This document shows, in pieces, positions 38,489 to 48,628 of a DNA stretch of 64,000 nucleotides. This DNA is from Candidatus Hodarchaeota archaeon (GTDB lineage: Archaea; Asgardarchaeota; Lokiarchaeia; Sigyniarchaeales; SOKP01). The position numbers were made by a program, and so were the translations under genes. The stretch lies in assembly GCA_048887225.1 (NCBI GenBank), contig JBHLJY010000013.1:1-64000 (forward strand), in the 5' to 3' direction. Numbering within the stretch: position 1 is the stretch's first letter; each line of letters starts with the position of its first letter. The notes beneath the pieces are model-generated. The model was not told the DNA's origin, did no database searches, and saw nothing but the letters and a program-made list of their open reading frames with translations.

Positions 38489-40282
38489 TTATTTTATTTT
38501 TTTGAAGTCTAACGGTCCTTTAAATTTAAGCGTATCTAGTTCGAGAATTGACACAATTCCAGGAGTAGGAGTTATTCCAAAACTTTTCATAAAATCTGTT
38601 TGAGATTGGAAACACCCCGAATTAACTAGGGCAATATTATTATAATAACCAATACCATTAATGTGAATATGTCCTGTGTGAAAAATATCAGGAATCTGAT
38701 CTATTACGAGCCAATCTTTATTAGTAGGAGCAATTTGAGTTCTTTTTCCATAGATAGGAGCTAAATGCCTACATTTCAAGAATTCTTCCATAATTTTAAT
38801 AGGCTTATTTTGTTCCAACTCTGATATTGTTAAGGACATATCAAGAATACTATCTCCGTGATAAATGAGGGTCTTTACGGCATGAGTTTTTATTATTGCG
38901 GGATTTCCTATACATTTTACTCCAATATCTATTAAATTTTCAGCGTATTTTTTTGGTACGGCTGGCCGAGGGATTGCATTTCTTACTGGTTCATGATTAC
39001 CAGAACTATAAAATATTTTTATATAGTCCGGGATATCAGAAAGATATTCCGAGGCCTTATTGAATTGTTGATAAATATCTGTCATTGTAAGATCTTCTTG
39101 TTGTTTCGGATAAACACCAATTCCATCAACTAAATCCCCATTTATTATTAAATATTTTATTTTTCCAGCGATTTCACGCCAATTTTTATTACCAATTTTT
39201 CCATTTAAGAAATTTACGAATTTTATCCAAAGTTTTTCTTCGAATTCTTTGCTTCCAATGTGAGTATCAGAAATCAGGGCAATTGACAATGGTTCTGTAG
39301 ATTTATTTATTTCGTGATTAATAGGTATATCTATTTTTAAAATATTATCAGCAAAAAGGACACCCCTCTTACTTCTTTCTCCTGGATTATAGGTCCCCTC
39401 AACGAGGATCATTTGATCTTCCACAATCCTTTCAGCAATTTTTCGATTTTCAGAATCATTTCTCACTATGATGTTAAGATAGCCTGTTTGATCTTCAATT
39501 GTTATAAAGAAATTCCCATTTTTCGTTTGCCGTATTTCATTCACTAAACCCGCTACTGAAAGGTATTGACTCTGGGAGTTCCTTAATATATTGTTAATTT
39601 TAGCCAGCGAAAGAGCTTCTGGCCGCTTTTGCATTAATTTATAAAGTCGATTATATTTATCTAATGTTAATTCATAGAAATCATTGTAGCTTCCAGAAGT
39701 ATATAATTTTCCTGTAGGATCTTTTAGAATTTCATAATCTGCATTATAATTTTTAGATATAGGTCTGAATGTAAGAGAAGATTTGGCAGATCCAAATGGG
39801 CTAATCTTAATTTCATTTTTTATTTTATCGTGAGAATTAAATTGTTTATGTAAAAGGATATTAGATTCTTGTTCCTTCTCTTTTACAGAATTATTTATTT
39901 TCAGTGGGCTATGATTTTCTACATAATCTATGGATTTAATTACATTAATTTCTTTTTTTTTTATGGTTTTCTCAGTTTTTATAGAAGTACTTCTTGATCC
40001 AAATTTCATAGGAGATGTATTGTCTTTAATTGAAATTCTTTTTAATACATTTATTATTTCTTTGTTAGATATTTTCTTCAGTTGTTCTTCAGTTAAATGG
40101 CTATTAAATGAGGGTATAAAACTCATTTCTTGTATAATGAGAGATATTTTTTTTAAGGGATTATCTAGCTTAAGGATTAAATCTAACATCGAAGGAGTAA
40201 TATTTATGCCAGAGCTGACCAATTTATTTATTAGGATTCTTTTCATTCCTGAATTTTCCGCATTCATTAAATTTTCATTCAT
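38489..40282 (-). CDS. polB: DNA polymerase D small (exonuclease) subunit DP1
   Basis: OB fold followed by ISDTHIGS, GDLVDGIGVYP.Q, GNHE, YHG, RHLAP.YG, HTGHIH and NSGCFQ.QT.F motifs. Confidence 0.95.
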   Translation of the reverse strand: MNENLMNAENSGMKRILINKLVSSGINITPSMLDLILKLDNPLKKISLIIQEMSFIPSFNSHLTEEQLKKISNKEIINVLKRISIKDNTSPMKFGSRSTSIKTEKTIKKKEINVIKSIDYVENHSPLKINNSVKEKEQESNILLHKQFNSHDKIKNEIKISPFGSAKSSLTFRPISKNYNADYEILKDPTGKLYTSGSYNDFYELTLDKYNRLYKLMQKRPEALSLAKINNILRNSQSQYLSVAGLVNEIRQTKNGNFFITIEDQTGYLNIIVRNDSENRKIAERIVEDQMILVEGTYNPGERSKRGVLFADNILKIDIPINHEINKSTEPLSIALISDTHIGSKEFEEKLWIKFVNFLNGKIGNKNWREIAGKIKYLIINGDLVDGIGVYPKQQEDLTMTDIYQQFNKASEYLSDIPDYIKIFYSSGNHEPVRNAIPRPAVPKKYAENLIDIGVKCIGNPAIIKTHAVKTLIYHGDSILDMSLTISELEQNKPIKIMEEFLKCRHLAPIYGKRTQIAPTNKDWLVIDQIPDIFHTGHIHINGIGYYNNIALVNSGCFQSQTDFMKSFGITPTPGIVSILELDTLKFKGPLDFKKIK

Positions 40283-40530
40283 TTTGGAATTATAATAATT
40301 ATTGTAAAATGGTATTATATTGTTTGTTATTAAAGGAAAAACAAATTTACTTTTTAAGTAAAGAGAGACCGTTATATTCGATACAAAAATTCATGGTCTC
40401 TAAATATTAATATATAAAATTTAAATAGCCTATTAATAAATGAATTTATTTTACATCTGAATAATACAAATATAATAATTTAGGATCTTCTTTTGATCAA
40501 AATGGAATTACTTTAAAGAGCGTAAGATTT

Positions 40531-43500
40531 ATGTTAGAGATGAGTAAGGAGATGGAGGATTATTTCGCCTCTATTCAACGAGAAGTCGATAAATATTATA
40601 ATATTGCAGAAGAAGCTCGGAAAAAAGGCTTAGATCCAGAATTATTTGTAGAATCTCCACAAGCTAAAGATTTAGCAGGTAGAGTAGAAAAATTAGTAGG
40701 TCCGGAGGGTGTAGCAGACTTAATAAGGAATTTAAAAAATCAGGGGAAAACTGAGGATGAAATAGTTTTTAAAGTTGTTTCAGATATATTAGACGAAAAA
40801 ATTGGTGTTTTTGATTCATTGGAAAGTCGGGTAGAGAGAGCCATCAGAGCAGGATTAGCAATAAAGACAATGGGAGTTGTAAGTGCCCCGCTTGAAGGAA
40901 TTTCTAAGATATTAATAAGGAGGGATCATTTAGGTAATAAATATTTATCTTTATATTTTGCTGGTCCAATTAGAGCTGCTGGTGGAACTACTGCGGCATT
41001 AAGCGTTCTTATTGCAGATTTTGTAAGAAAAAAGTCAAAAATTCCAAAATATAAAGCAACTGAAGGAGAAGTTGGTAGATTCGTGGAAGAAATTAAACTT
41101 TATGATAGATTAATACATTTACAATATCCATCTTCAAACGACGAGATAAGATACGCCGTTCAACATTTACCAGTTGAAATAAATGGGGATTCTACTGAGG
41201 ATGAAGAGGTGTCAGCATTTAGAGATCTACCTCGAATCGATACAAATAACATTCGTGGGGGGGCATGTTTGGTTTTAAATGACGGGATCCTTCTCAAAGC
41301 ACCTAAACTTCTTAAAATCGCAAAAATTATGAATTTAGAAGGTTGGGATTGGTTAAAAAATTTAAAAAAAATTGCTACTAAAGAAGAGAATCTGGAGAAA
41401 GAAGAACAAAAGGAAGACATCCGTGAAAGGATAGAAAAATTAACTCCTAACTATAAATATGTTGCTGATATTATAGCAGGTAGACCTTTATTCAGTGATC
41501 CATCTCAAATCGGAGGGCATAGAATAAGATATGGAAGGGCACGAAATACGGGGTTAGCGGCAGCTGGCCTTCATCCTGCAACATTGGCAATTTTAGACGA
41601 CTTTGTTGCAATTGGAACCCAACTTAGAACGGAACGCCCTGGAAAAAGTACCAGTATTACTCCGGTTAGCAGTATCGAATCCCCAATAGTAAAATTAAAC
41701 AATGGAGATGTAATTAAAGTTAAAAATTATAAAAAAGCGAAAGAACTATTTCCTAAAATTAAAAAAGTCTTGTTTTTAGGAGATCTTCTTTTTGGATTTG
41801 GTGAATTTTCTGAAAATAATCATAAATTAATACCATCTGGCTATGTAGAAGAATGGTGGGCACAAGATTTAGAAAGAGCAACTAAAAAACAGCAAATATT
41901 CGATGAAAAAGTTAAGAGTTTTGTAGAAAATCCATTCGATAACATTCCTACTGCTCAGGAAGCTATAAAAATTTCTCAAACTTATAATATTCCATTACAC
42001 CCCGCTTATACTGATTATTGGGGGAATATTTCTATAGATGATTTGGAATTTTTAAGAAACACGTTTTTTAACGGATATTTAGAATCAGAAAACAAAATAA
42101 TATTAAAATACGATAAGAAAGTTAAAAAAATCTTAGAAAAAGCTTTTATCCTTCATAGATTAAAAAACAATAAAATAGTTTTCAGTCAATCAATGAATTA
42201 CATCTATGTGACTATATTTAACTTACAAAACAAAAAGTCCCTTAAAATTAAAAAAGACGAGAGTGTATTTTCATATTTTTTAAGACTTTCAGAAATAGAA
42301 ATAAAAAATAAAGCTCCATATTTTATGGGTACGCGCATGGGACGTCCTGAAAAATCCGAAAGAAAGAGTATGAAAGGCATTCACACACTATTTCCTTTAA
42401 GCAATAAAGTTGGAAGTTCAAGATTAGTAGAGAAAGCAATGGAATTTGGAAAAATAAGTATAGATATTTGTAGAAAGAAATGTCCGAATTGCGGAGCAGT
42501 TTCTATATTTAATATTTGTTCTAATTGTGGAAAACACACAGAAGTTCAAAAAATATGTATGAAATGTAAAAAACTTTATCCTCCAAACCAAGAGAAATGC
42601 TCTCAATGTAAAACAGCGTTAAACTTCTCACGCGAGGCCAAATTCAATATTAAGAATCACATAAATACTACCTTAAAAACGTTGAAATTACCCTTTCCAA
42701 AAAAACTTAAAGGAATTTTTGGCTTGACAAATAGTTTTAAAGTTTCTGAACCTATTGAAAAAGGCATTCTTAGAGCAAAGAACGGTGTTCTCGTTTATAA
42801 AACCGCTGAAATTAGATACGATGCTACTGATATCCCATTAACTCACTTTAAACCAAAAGAGATTGAAACAACTATTAATAAACTAAGAGAACTTGGATAT
42901 AAAATTGATATTAAAGGACAACCCTTAGATCAAGACGATCAGATTTTAGAATTAAAAGTTCAAGATATTTTGCTTTCTTATGATTGTGCAAAATATTTTA
43001 TTAAAGTTGCTAATTTTTTGGATGATGAATTAGAATATTTTTACAATATAGATCGCTTTTATAATGTTTCTAAAAAAGAAGATCTTGTTGGTCACCTTGT
43101 TGTTGGATTAGCACCTCATACAAGTGCCGGTATAATCGGTAGAATAATAGGTTTTTCATCAGCAAGAGCAATTTACGCCCATCCATATTGGCATGCTGCG
43201 AAAAGAAGAAACTGTGATGGCGATGAAGATGGCATTATGCTACTATTAGATCCATTATTGAATTTTTCGAGATATTACTTACCAAGCAAAATTGGTGGCA
43301 GAATGGATGCAACTTTAGTTATTGGCACGGTTTTAGATCCAAATGAAATTGACACGGAAGCACATAACTTAGATACATTATCAAAATATCCGTTAGAGTT
43401 TTACGAAGCGACTAAACAGTTTATATCTCCTTCAGAAATAGAATATATTATGAATTTGATTAAAAATCGTTTAGGTACTATGGAACAATTTGAAAACATT

Positions 43501-43968
43501 GGGTTTAACATTCCTACAGATAATATTAATGAGGGGCCTATAATGAGTAAATATAAAATTGGGGAAATGGATGATAAAATTGATGCGCAATTACATTTAG
43601 CAAAAATCATTAAATCAGTAGATGCAAAATATGTAGCTAAAAAAATTCTAACATCCCACTTTAATCCGGATATATTAGGTAATTTAAGAAAATTCGGCGT
43701 ACAAGAATTTAGATGTGTTAAGTGTAATACAAAATTTAGGAGACCCCCAATCTCGAATGATGGAAAATGCACATTTTGTGGTAATAGAGTAATTCTGACT
43801 GTAAATCGAGGAGGTATCGAAAAATATATACCACGAGCTCTTAAGCTTTGTAAAGAATACGATTTAGACAAATATATCAGTCAACGTATGGAATTAATCG
43901 AAGAATACATTGAAAGCTTAACTAATAATCCTAAAATTAAACAACAAAAGCTATCTGACTTTTTCTAA
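40531..43968 (+). CDS. polC: DNA polymerase D large subunit DP2
   Basis: AGPIRAAGGT, RMGRPEK, catalytic HAAKRRNCDGDED, zinc fingers and C-terminal PIP box QQKLSDFF. Confidence 0.97.
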   Translation: MLEMSKEMEDYFASIQREVDKYYNIAEEARKKGLDPELFVESPQAKDLAGRVEKLVGPEGVADLIRNLKNQGKTEDEIVFKVVSDILDEKIGVFDSLESRVERAIRAGLAIKTMGVVSAPLEGISKILIRRDHLGNKYLSLYFAGPIRAAGGTTAALSVLIADFVRKKSKIPKYKATEGEVGRFVEEIKLYDRLIHLQYPSSNDEIRYAVQHLPVEINGDSTEDEEVSAFRDLPRIDTNNIRGGACLVLNDGILLKAPKLLKIAKIMNLEGWDWLKNLKKIATKEENLEKEEQKEDIRERIEKLTPNYKYVADIIAGRPLFSDPSQIGGHRIRYGRARNTGLAAAGLHPATLAILDDFVAIGTQLRTERPGKSTSITPVSSIESPIVKLNNGDVIKVKNYKKAKELFPKIKKVLFLGDLLFGFGEFSENNHKLIPSGYVEEWWAQDLERATKKQQIFDEKVKSFVENPFDNIPTAQEAIKISQTYNIPLHPAYTDYWGNISIDDLEFLRNTFFNGYLESENKIILKYDKKVKKILEKAFILHRLKNNKIVFSQSMNYIYVTIFNLQNKKSLKIKKDESVFSYFLRLSEIEIKNKAPYFMGTRMGRPEKSERKSMKGIHTLFPLSNKVGSSRLVEKAMEFGKISIDICRKKCPNCGAVSIFNICSNCGKHTEVQKICMKCKKLYPPNQEKCSQCKTALNFSREAKFNIKNHINTTLKTLKLPFPKKLKGIFGLTNSFKVSEPIEKGILRAKNGVLVYKTAEIRYDATDIPLTHFKPKEIETTINKLRELGYKIDIKGQPLDQDDQILELKVQDILLSYDCAKYFIKVANFLDDELEYFYNIDRFYNVSKKEDLVGHLVVGLAPHTSAGIIGRIIGFSSARAIYAHPYWHAAKRRNCDGDEDGIMLLLDPLLNFSRYYLPSKIGGRMDATLVIGTVLDPNEIDTEAHNLDTLSKYPLEFYEATKQFISPSEIEYIMNLIKNRLGTMEQFENIGFNIPTDNINEGPIMSKYKIGEMDDKIDAQLHLAKIIKSVDAKYVAKKILTSHFNPDILGNLRKFGVQEFRCVKCNTKFRRPPISNDGKCTFCGNRVILTVNRGGIEKYIPRALKLCKEYDLDKYISQRMELIEEYIESLTNNPKIKQQKLSDFF

Positions 43969-43995
43969 TTTAGATTAAAAGATGTGCAAATATAG

Positions 43996-44135
43996 TACAG
44001 GAGGGGGGATTTGAACCCCCGAAGGACTATTCCACTAGAGCCTCAGTTTCGCCTTTGTATGATACGATTCTAGCGCCGTAGACCAGATTCCCACAGCTAA
44101 ACAGTAGATTGTTTAGCCATCTTGGCAACTCCTGC
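43996..44135 (-). tRNA. tRNA-Leu(GAG) with two non-canonical introns (44120-44088, 33 nt, ~position 15/16; 44069-44048, 22 nt, ~position 30/31)
   Basis: Acceptor GCAGGAG/CTCCTGT plus A discriminator; T arm GGGGG-TTCAAAT-CCCCC; long variable arm. Removing both inserts gives D arm GCCAAGTCTGGTCTACGGC and anticodon arm CTAGA-CTGAGGC-TCTAG. Confidence 0.85.
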
Positions 44136-44356
44136 GATGATAGGGGCAAAAAAAATTTTTTAAATCTTTAATATTGATGTAATTAAATAATGTTTTGATT
44201 TTTAAAATTTTTTTTAGTAAACCACCGATAATTACGTAATAAAATTGATAAAGTTTTTATTCCAATATTTTTATTTTTTTGAAGAAAAACTAATTATAAA
44301 TAATAATATATTCTAATTATAATAATTAAAATCAGTACAAATATTGATAAAAATTC

Positions 44357-45373
44357 GTGTCTGTCGACAGAAAAAAACTAAATGCCTTACTTAAATGGTA
44401 TAGGCAAGAAGTTGGAAAAGATTTGATAGGTGCACTAATCGTTAATAGAGAAGGATTAGTAATAGATGCAATAGCAGGATCCTCAGAAGAGAAATCAATC
44501 GACGAAGAGATTTTAGGGGGCGTTAGTTCATTAGTTGAACCTGTGCTTAATAGAATCACGCAAGAATTTTCTTCTGGGTCTTTTGGAACTGGAACTTTTG
44601 ATACCGAAGAATATAGACTTATTTTTTGTGAAGCTGGACCGGAAGCTATCTTTGTTACCGTATTAGATGCTGTTGCAATGGTTGATCCTGTATTTCCATA
44701 TGCTTATTTAGCTGCTGAGAAGATAGCACGAGTTTTTGATGGACGGAGTGTAAGTCCAGTAATTCCTAAAATTATCGTAGACGAAGCTGCTCGCGATATT
44801 GAGCGCAAAATAGACAAAATGCAACAAATTAAAATTCAGTCAAGCGAATATGCCTACAAATTAATCTTAGGTGGTGATGGAGCCGTTGGTAAGACTAGCA
44901 TGGTTCATCGTTTTGTTGAGGACAGATTTGAAACTGACTATAAAGGAACTATTGGAACGTCTATCATGAAAAAAGAGTGTGAATTTGAAGGTCTGAAATC
45001 TAAAGTTAGATTCGTTATCTGGGATTTAGCAGGACAGTCGCAATTCAAACGTGTAAGGTATTCTTACGTTGCTAATGCTGAAGCAGGAATTTTAGTTTTT
45101 GATGTGACAAGACGGGATAGTTTTGAGAATATTAAACTTTGGTATGATGAATCGATAGAAATATCGAAAGATATTGTGCTAATATTAGTTGGAAATAAAA
45201 TTGATTTAGAGGATTCGAGAATTGTTTCCACAGCTGAAGGAGAAGAATTAGCAAAAAAATTGGGTTTGGGATATATAGAGACTTCAGCTAAGACTGGCGA
45301 AAATATAGAAGACGCTTTTAGAATGTTAGCATTACAAATTGTAAAAAAATTTGTTGTAGCAAAGGAAGTATAA
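44357..45373 (+). CDS. Roadblock/LC7 domain fused to a Rab-like small GTPase
   Basis: N-terminal GALIVNREGLVI roadblock fold; G1 GDGAVGKT, G2 TIG, G3 WDLAGQ, G4 GNKID, G5 ETSAK; no C-terminal prenylation Cys. Confidence 0.9.
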   Translation: MSVDRKKLNALLKWYRQEVGKDLIGALIVNREGLVIDAIAGSSEEKSIDEEILGGVSSLVEPVLNRITQEFSSGSFGTGTFDTEEYRLIFCEAGPEAIFVTVLDAVAMVDPVFPYAYLAAEKIARVFDGRSVSPVIPKIIVDEAARDIERKIDKMQQIKIQSSEYAYKLILGGDGAVGKTSMVHRFVEDRFETDYKGTIGTSIMKKECEFEGLKSKVRFVIWDLAGQSQFKRVRYSYVANAEAGILVFDVTRRDSFENIKLWYDESIEISKDIVLILVGNKIDLEDSRIVSTAEGEELAKKLGLGYIETSAKTGENIEDAFRMLALQIVKKFVVAKEV

Positions 45374-45471
45374 AGCCTCTGGGGGGATTTGAACCCCCGA
45401 CCTACAGATATATCTGTGATTTTTTGCGATTCACTTACGAATCTGTTGCTATACCGCTAAGCCACAGAGGC
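45374..45471 (-). tRNA. tRNA-Thr(CGT) with a 26-nt intron at canonical position 37/38 (45435-45410)
   Basis: Acceptor GCCTCTG/CAGAGGC; anticodon arm ACAGA-TT-CGT-A[intron]A-TCTGT; T arm GGGGG-TTCAAAT-CCCCC. Confidence 0.88.
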
Positions 45472-45524
45472 TTACTTTTCAAGTTATTAAAGATTAATGT
45501 TAAAAAAATTTTAAATCTTGTCCA

Positions 45525-46562
45525 ATGAAAAATAATGATACGCTAAGCAACTTAGGAGAATTCCAAATAATTGAATTTATAGAAGATTTGGTTTTTCAAA
45601 AAACTGGGAAAAGATTAATTCGAGATGATTCCTTTTTCTTTTCGCTCGATAAAAATATGTTAAGTCCAGATGGGAAACAAGTTGACTTAATTTTTAACAC
45701 CGATATGTTAGTTTCTACTACAGACGTACCAAAACATATGAGTTTTTATCAAATTGGACGAAAAGCAGTTCTAATGAATTTAAGTGATTTAATAGTCAAG
45801 GGTGTTAAGCCAAGAGGAATTTTTATTTCTTTTGGCTTGTATAGTGAGATGGAATTGAGTAACTTGAGAGATTTAATGAATGGCATTATTGATTATTGCG
45901 TTAAATGGAATATAGATTATATAGGTGGAGATGTAAATGAGACTAAAGAATTGATTATTAATCCTACAATATTTGGAGTTCACGATTGTTCAAAAATAGT
46001 CCATAGAAAAGGAATCAAATCAGGAAACTATTTAGTAGCAAATGGTAAATTTGGATTGAACGGAGTAGGATTTGATATTTTACTGAATAAAAGAGCTGAT
46101 CCTAAAGAATATTCTATTTATAAAAGATCAATTATGAGCGTATTAGAACCGGAAGATTTAGGTAATGAAGCAATAATTTTATCCGAAAAAAATCTTGCTA
46201 CCGCCAGTATAGATTCGTCTGATGGATTGGCAAAATCCTTGACCGATTTAATGTATTCTAATCGAGAGATTGATATCGGATTTGAAATTGAATTTAACGA
46301 GGAACTAATTGATGAAGAAGCTTTTATGTATTCTGAAGAATTTAATATCCCTCTAGAAAATTTAGTTTTCTATGGTGGAGAAGAATTTATTCATATATTT
46401 ACAATTGATCCAAAAAGCTACGATTCTGCTCTAAAAGCAATAAAATCGCAAGGAGGCCAGATTTTTCAAATAGGAAAAGTAATTTCGGAAAAAAAAATCT
46501 ATTTTTTAAATAAGAGTGAAAAAATTGAGTTAAAAAAGTCTGGATTTGAGCATTTTAAATAG
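45525..46562 (+). CDS. thiL: Thiamine-monophosphate kinase
   Basis: LGEF.II, DD, NTDML, GRKAV..NLSD, GGD, IDSSDGL and GGEEF motifs. Confidence 0.9.
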   Translation: MKNNDTLSNLGEFQIIEFIEDLVFQKTGKRLIRDDSFFFSLDKNMLSPDGKQVDLIFNTDMLVSTTDVPKHMSFYQIGRKAVLMNLSDLIVKGVKPRGIFISFGLYSEMELSNLRDLMNGIIDYCVKWNIDYIGGDVNETKELIINPTIFGVHDCSKIVHRKGIKSGNYLVANGKFGLNGVGFDILLNKRADPKEYSIYKRSIMSVLEPEDLGNEAIILSEKNLATASIDSSDGLAKSLTDLMYSNREIDIGFEIEFNEELIDEEAFMYSEEFNIPLENLVFYGGEEFIHIFTIDPKSYDSALKAIKSQGGQIFQIGKVISEKKIYFLNKSEKIELKKSGFEHFK

Positions 46563-46666
46563 ATTTACTTAAGTTTATTCTAAAGTATTTAAGATTTCTG
46601 ATTACAGATTTAACTAAATAAAATATAAATATTATTGTGGATTACTAATAATACCATTTTTTTTAT

Positions 46667-46740
46667 GGGCTATTGGCGCAGGCAGGTAGCGCAGCAGGCT
46701 TTTAACCTGACGGTCAGGGGTTCAATTCCCCTATAGCCCG
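46667..46740 (+). tRNA. tRNA-Lys(TTT), intronless
   Basis: Acceptor GGGCTAT/ATAGCCC, D stem GCGC/GCGC, anticodon loop CT-TTT-AA, T arm AGGGG-TTCAATT-CCCCT. Confidence 0.93.
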
Positions 46741-46838
46741 TCTGAATTCGTTAAATTTTTTTAACTCGATCTCTTTAGAATAAAATTTAACTTTCCCATA
46801 ATTTATTTATTTACATTATAACTCTTTAAATTATTAGT

Positions 46839-47843
46839 ATGCAAGATTCAGATTTCAAATTACCTGCCGATGAACCAGAGCAGCTTTTAATAAAATCACA
46901 AGATAACACCACTCCTGAATATGGATGTGAACCGGAGAAAAGGAATATTGAAACACTTCTTCAATCTGGGGTAATTAATCTTGATAAGCCTAGTGGTCCA
47001 ACTAGTCATGAAGTCGTTACATGGGTTCGCAAAATTTTAGGAATTCCGAACGCTGGACATGGGGGAACGTTAGATCCAAAAGTTACAGGCATATTGCCTT
47101 GTGCTCTTGGTAAAGCGACAAGAGCGCTTTCAGCTCTACTAACTGCAGGTAAAGAATATATTGGTATTATGTATTTACATTCTTCTGTAACACAAAAAAG
47201 AATAGAATATATATTTAAGACATTTACAGATAAAATATATCAAAGACCGCCAATTAAGTCATCGGTAGCGAGAAAATTAAGAGTGAGGGAGATATATTAC
47301 AGCCAAGTGTTGGAGGTTATTGAAAAGCGTGTATTATTTCGTTTAGGATGTGAAGCAGGAACTTACATACGAAAATTCTGTTTTGATATAGGTGAGGCTC
47401 TCTGTTCTGGTGCACACTTGACTGAATTAAGGAGAACTAGAGTAGGCAACTTTAATGAAAATAATAATTTAATTACGCTTCAGAATTTAAAAGATGCGTT
47501 TACAATTTATCAAACTGAAGGCAATGAATATTATTTAAAGAAATTTATTTTTCCCATTGAAAAAATGGTTGAACACATACCAAAGATTTTTGTAAGAGAT
47601 AGTGCAGTTGATGCTTTATGTCATGGTGCTGATTTAGCTGCTGCTGGTGTTTGTTATATTGATGCTCGGATAAAGAAGGGAACTTTAATTTCTCTTATGA
47701 CATTAAAAAAGGAATTAATCGGATTTGGGATTGCGAAAAAAGATGCGATGGATATTTTTAAAGCTAAATCAAAAATAATGGCAAAAACCAAAAAAGTTTT
47801 CTTGGAAAGAGGAACATATCCTCGCTGGAATAAAAAAAAATAA
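46839..47843 (+). CDS. cbf5: H/ACA pseudouridine synthase Cbf5 (TruB family)
   Basis: INLDKPSGPTSHEV, GHGGTLDPKVTG, YQRPP, CEAGTYIR and ELRRTR motifs; PUA domain. Confidence 0.96.
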   Translation: MQDSDFKLPADEPEQLLIKSQDNTTPEYGCEPEKRNIETLLQSGVINLDKPSGPTSHEVVTWVRKILGIPNAGHGGTLDPKVTGILPCALGKATRALSALLTAGKEYIGIMYLHSSVTQKRIEYIFKTFTDKIYQRPPIKSSVARKLRVREIYYSQVLEVIEKRVLFRLGCEAGTYIRKFCFDIGEALCSGAHLTELRRTRVGNFNENNNLITLQNLKDAFTIYQTEGNEYYLKKFIFPIEKMVEHIPKIFVRDSAVDALCHGADLAAAGVCYIDARIKKGTLISLMTLKKELIGFGIAKKDAMDIFKAKSKIMAKTKKVFLERGTYPRWNKKK

Positions 47844-47865
47844 AATTACTGAATCTATTAGCAAA

Positions 47866-48501
47866 ATGGCGCGAAATAATTCGCAGTACTATACAAAATT
47901 CCCTAATGCTAAACTAAAGATACACACAGTTTCAGAAAGTTTACGACGACATCTTTACATCTTTAAAACAGCACCTGGAGTTTTTTCTTATAAAAAAATT
48001 GATCTAGGAACTAAAATTTTTATTGAACAAATGACAATTCCTATAGAACGCCCAAGTGTTTTACTCGATTTAGGATGTGGGTATGGACCTATAGGTATTG
48101 TTTTAGGATATGAAGCTCCTAAAAGTATAGTGTATTTAATTGACATAAATAGAAGAGCAATATGGTGCACTAAAGAAAACATAAAGTTAAATTTACCTGA
48201 CAGGCAAAAACAAATTATAGCTTTATCTGGAAGCTATTTCGAACCAATTAAAAATAAAAATCTGAAATTTGATGGGATTTACATGAATCCACCGCTCCGG
48301 CAAGGAAGAGATGAATTTCTTGAATTATGTAAAGAAATTCCTAATTATTTAAAACCAGCAAGTTTTTTTCAATTTGTAATTAAAAAAAGAATGGGAGCAC
48401 CCTTTATTTTAAGACATTTAAGTGATACTTTTCCTAACATGAAATTTGATGTTCTATGTAAAAGAAGCGGTTATTGGGTTTTTAACATTATTTTTAACTG
48501 A
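47866..48501 (+). CDS. RsmC-like class I SAM-dependent methyltransferase
   Basis: GVFS...ID.GT, LDLGCGYGPIG, DIN.RA and NPP motifs. Confidence 0.85.
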   Translation: MARNNSQYYTKFPNAKLKIHTVSESLRRHLYIFKTAPGVFSYKKIDLGTKIFIEQMTIPIERPSVLLDLGCGYGPIGIVLGYEAPKSIVYLIDINRRAIWCTKENIKLNLPDRQKQIIALSGSYFEPIKNKNLKFDGIYMNPPLRQGRDEFLELCKEIPNYLKPASFFQFVIKKRMGAPFILRHLSDTFPNMKFDVLCKRSGYWVFNIIFN

Positions 48502-48628
48502 CCTTTTTTTTGTATGTTATTGTTTATTTGTATAAAAACAAAGGTAAACTGAGGAAAAAATAATAAAATTTATTTCTAAAGATATCCTTATTAAGTTATA
48601 AGTAGTATTTTAAAGAGGATTTTTATTT

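Noticed and set aside
43192-43233. Intein in DP2 at the usual RRN/CDGDED site
   Set aside because: The motif is uninterrupted and the protein length is normal.
47052-47080. BHB intron in cbf5, as known from crenarchaea
   Set aside because: The GHGGTLDP region is contiguous and in frame; no insert is present.
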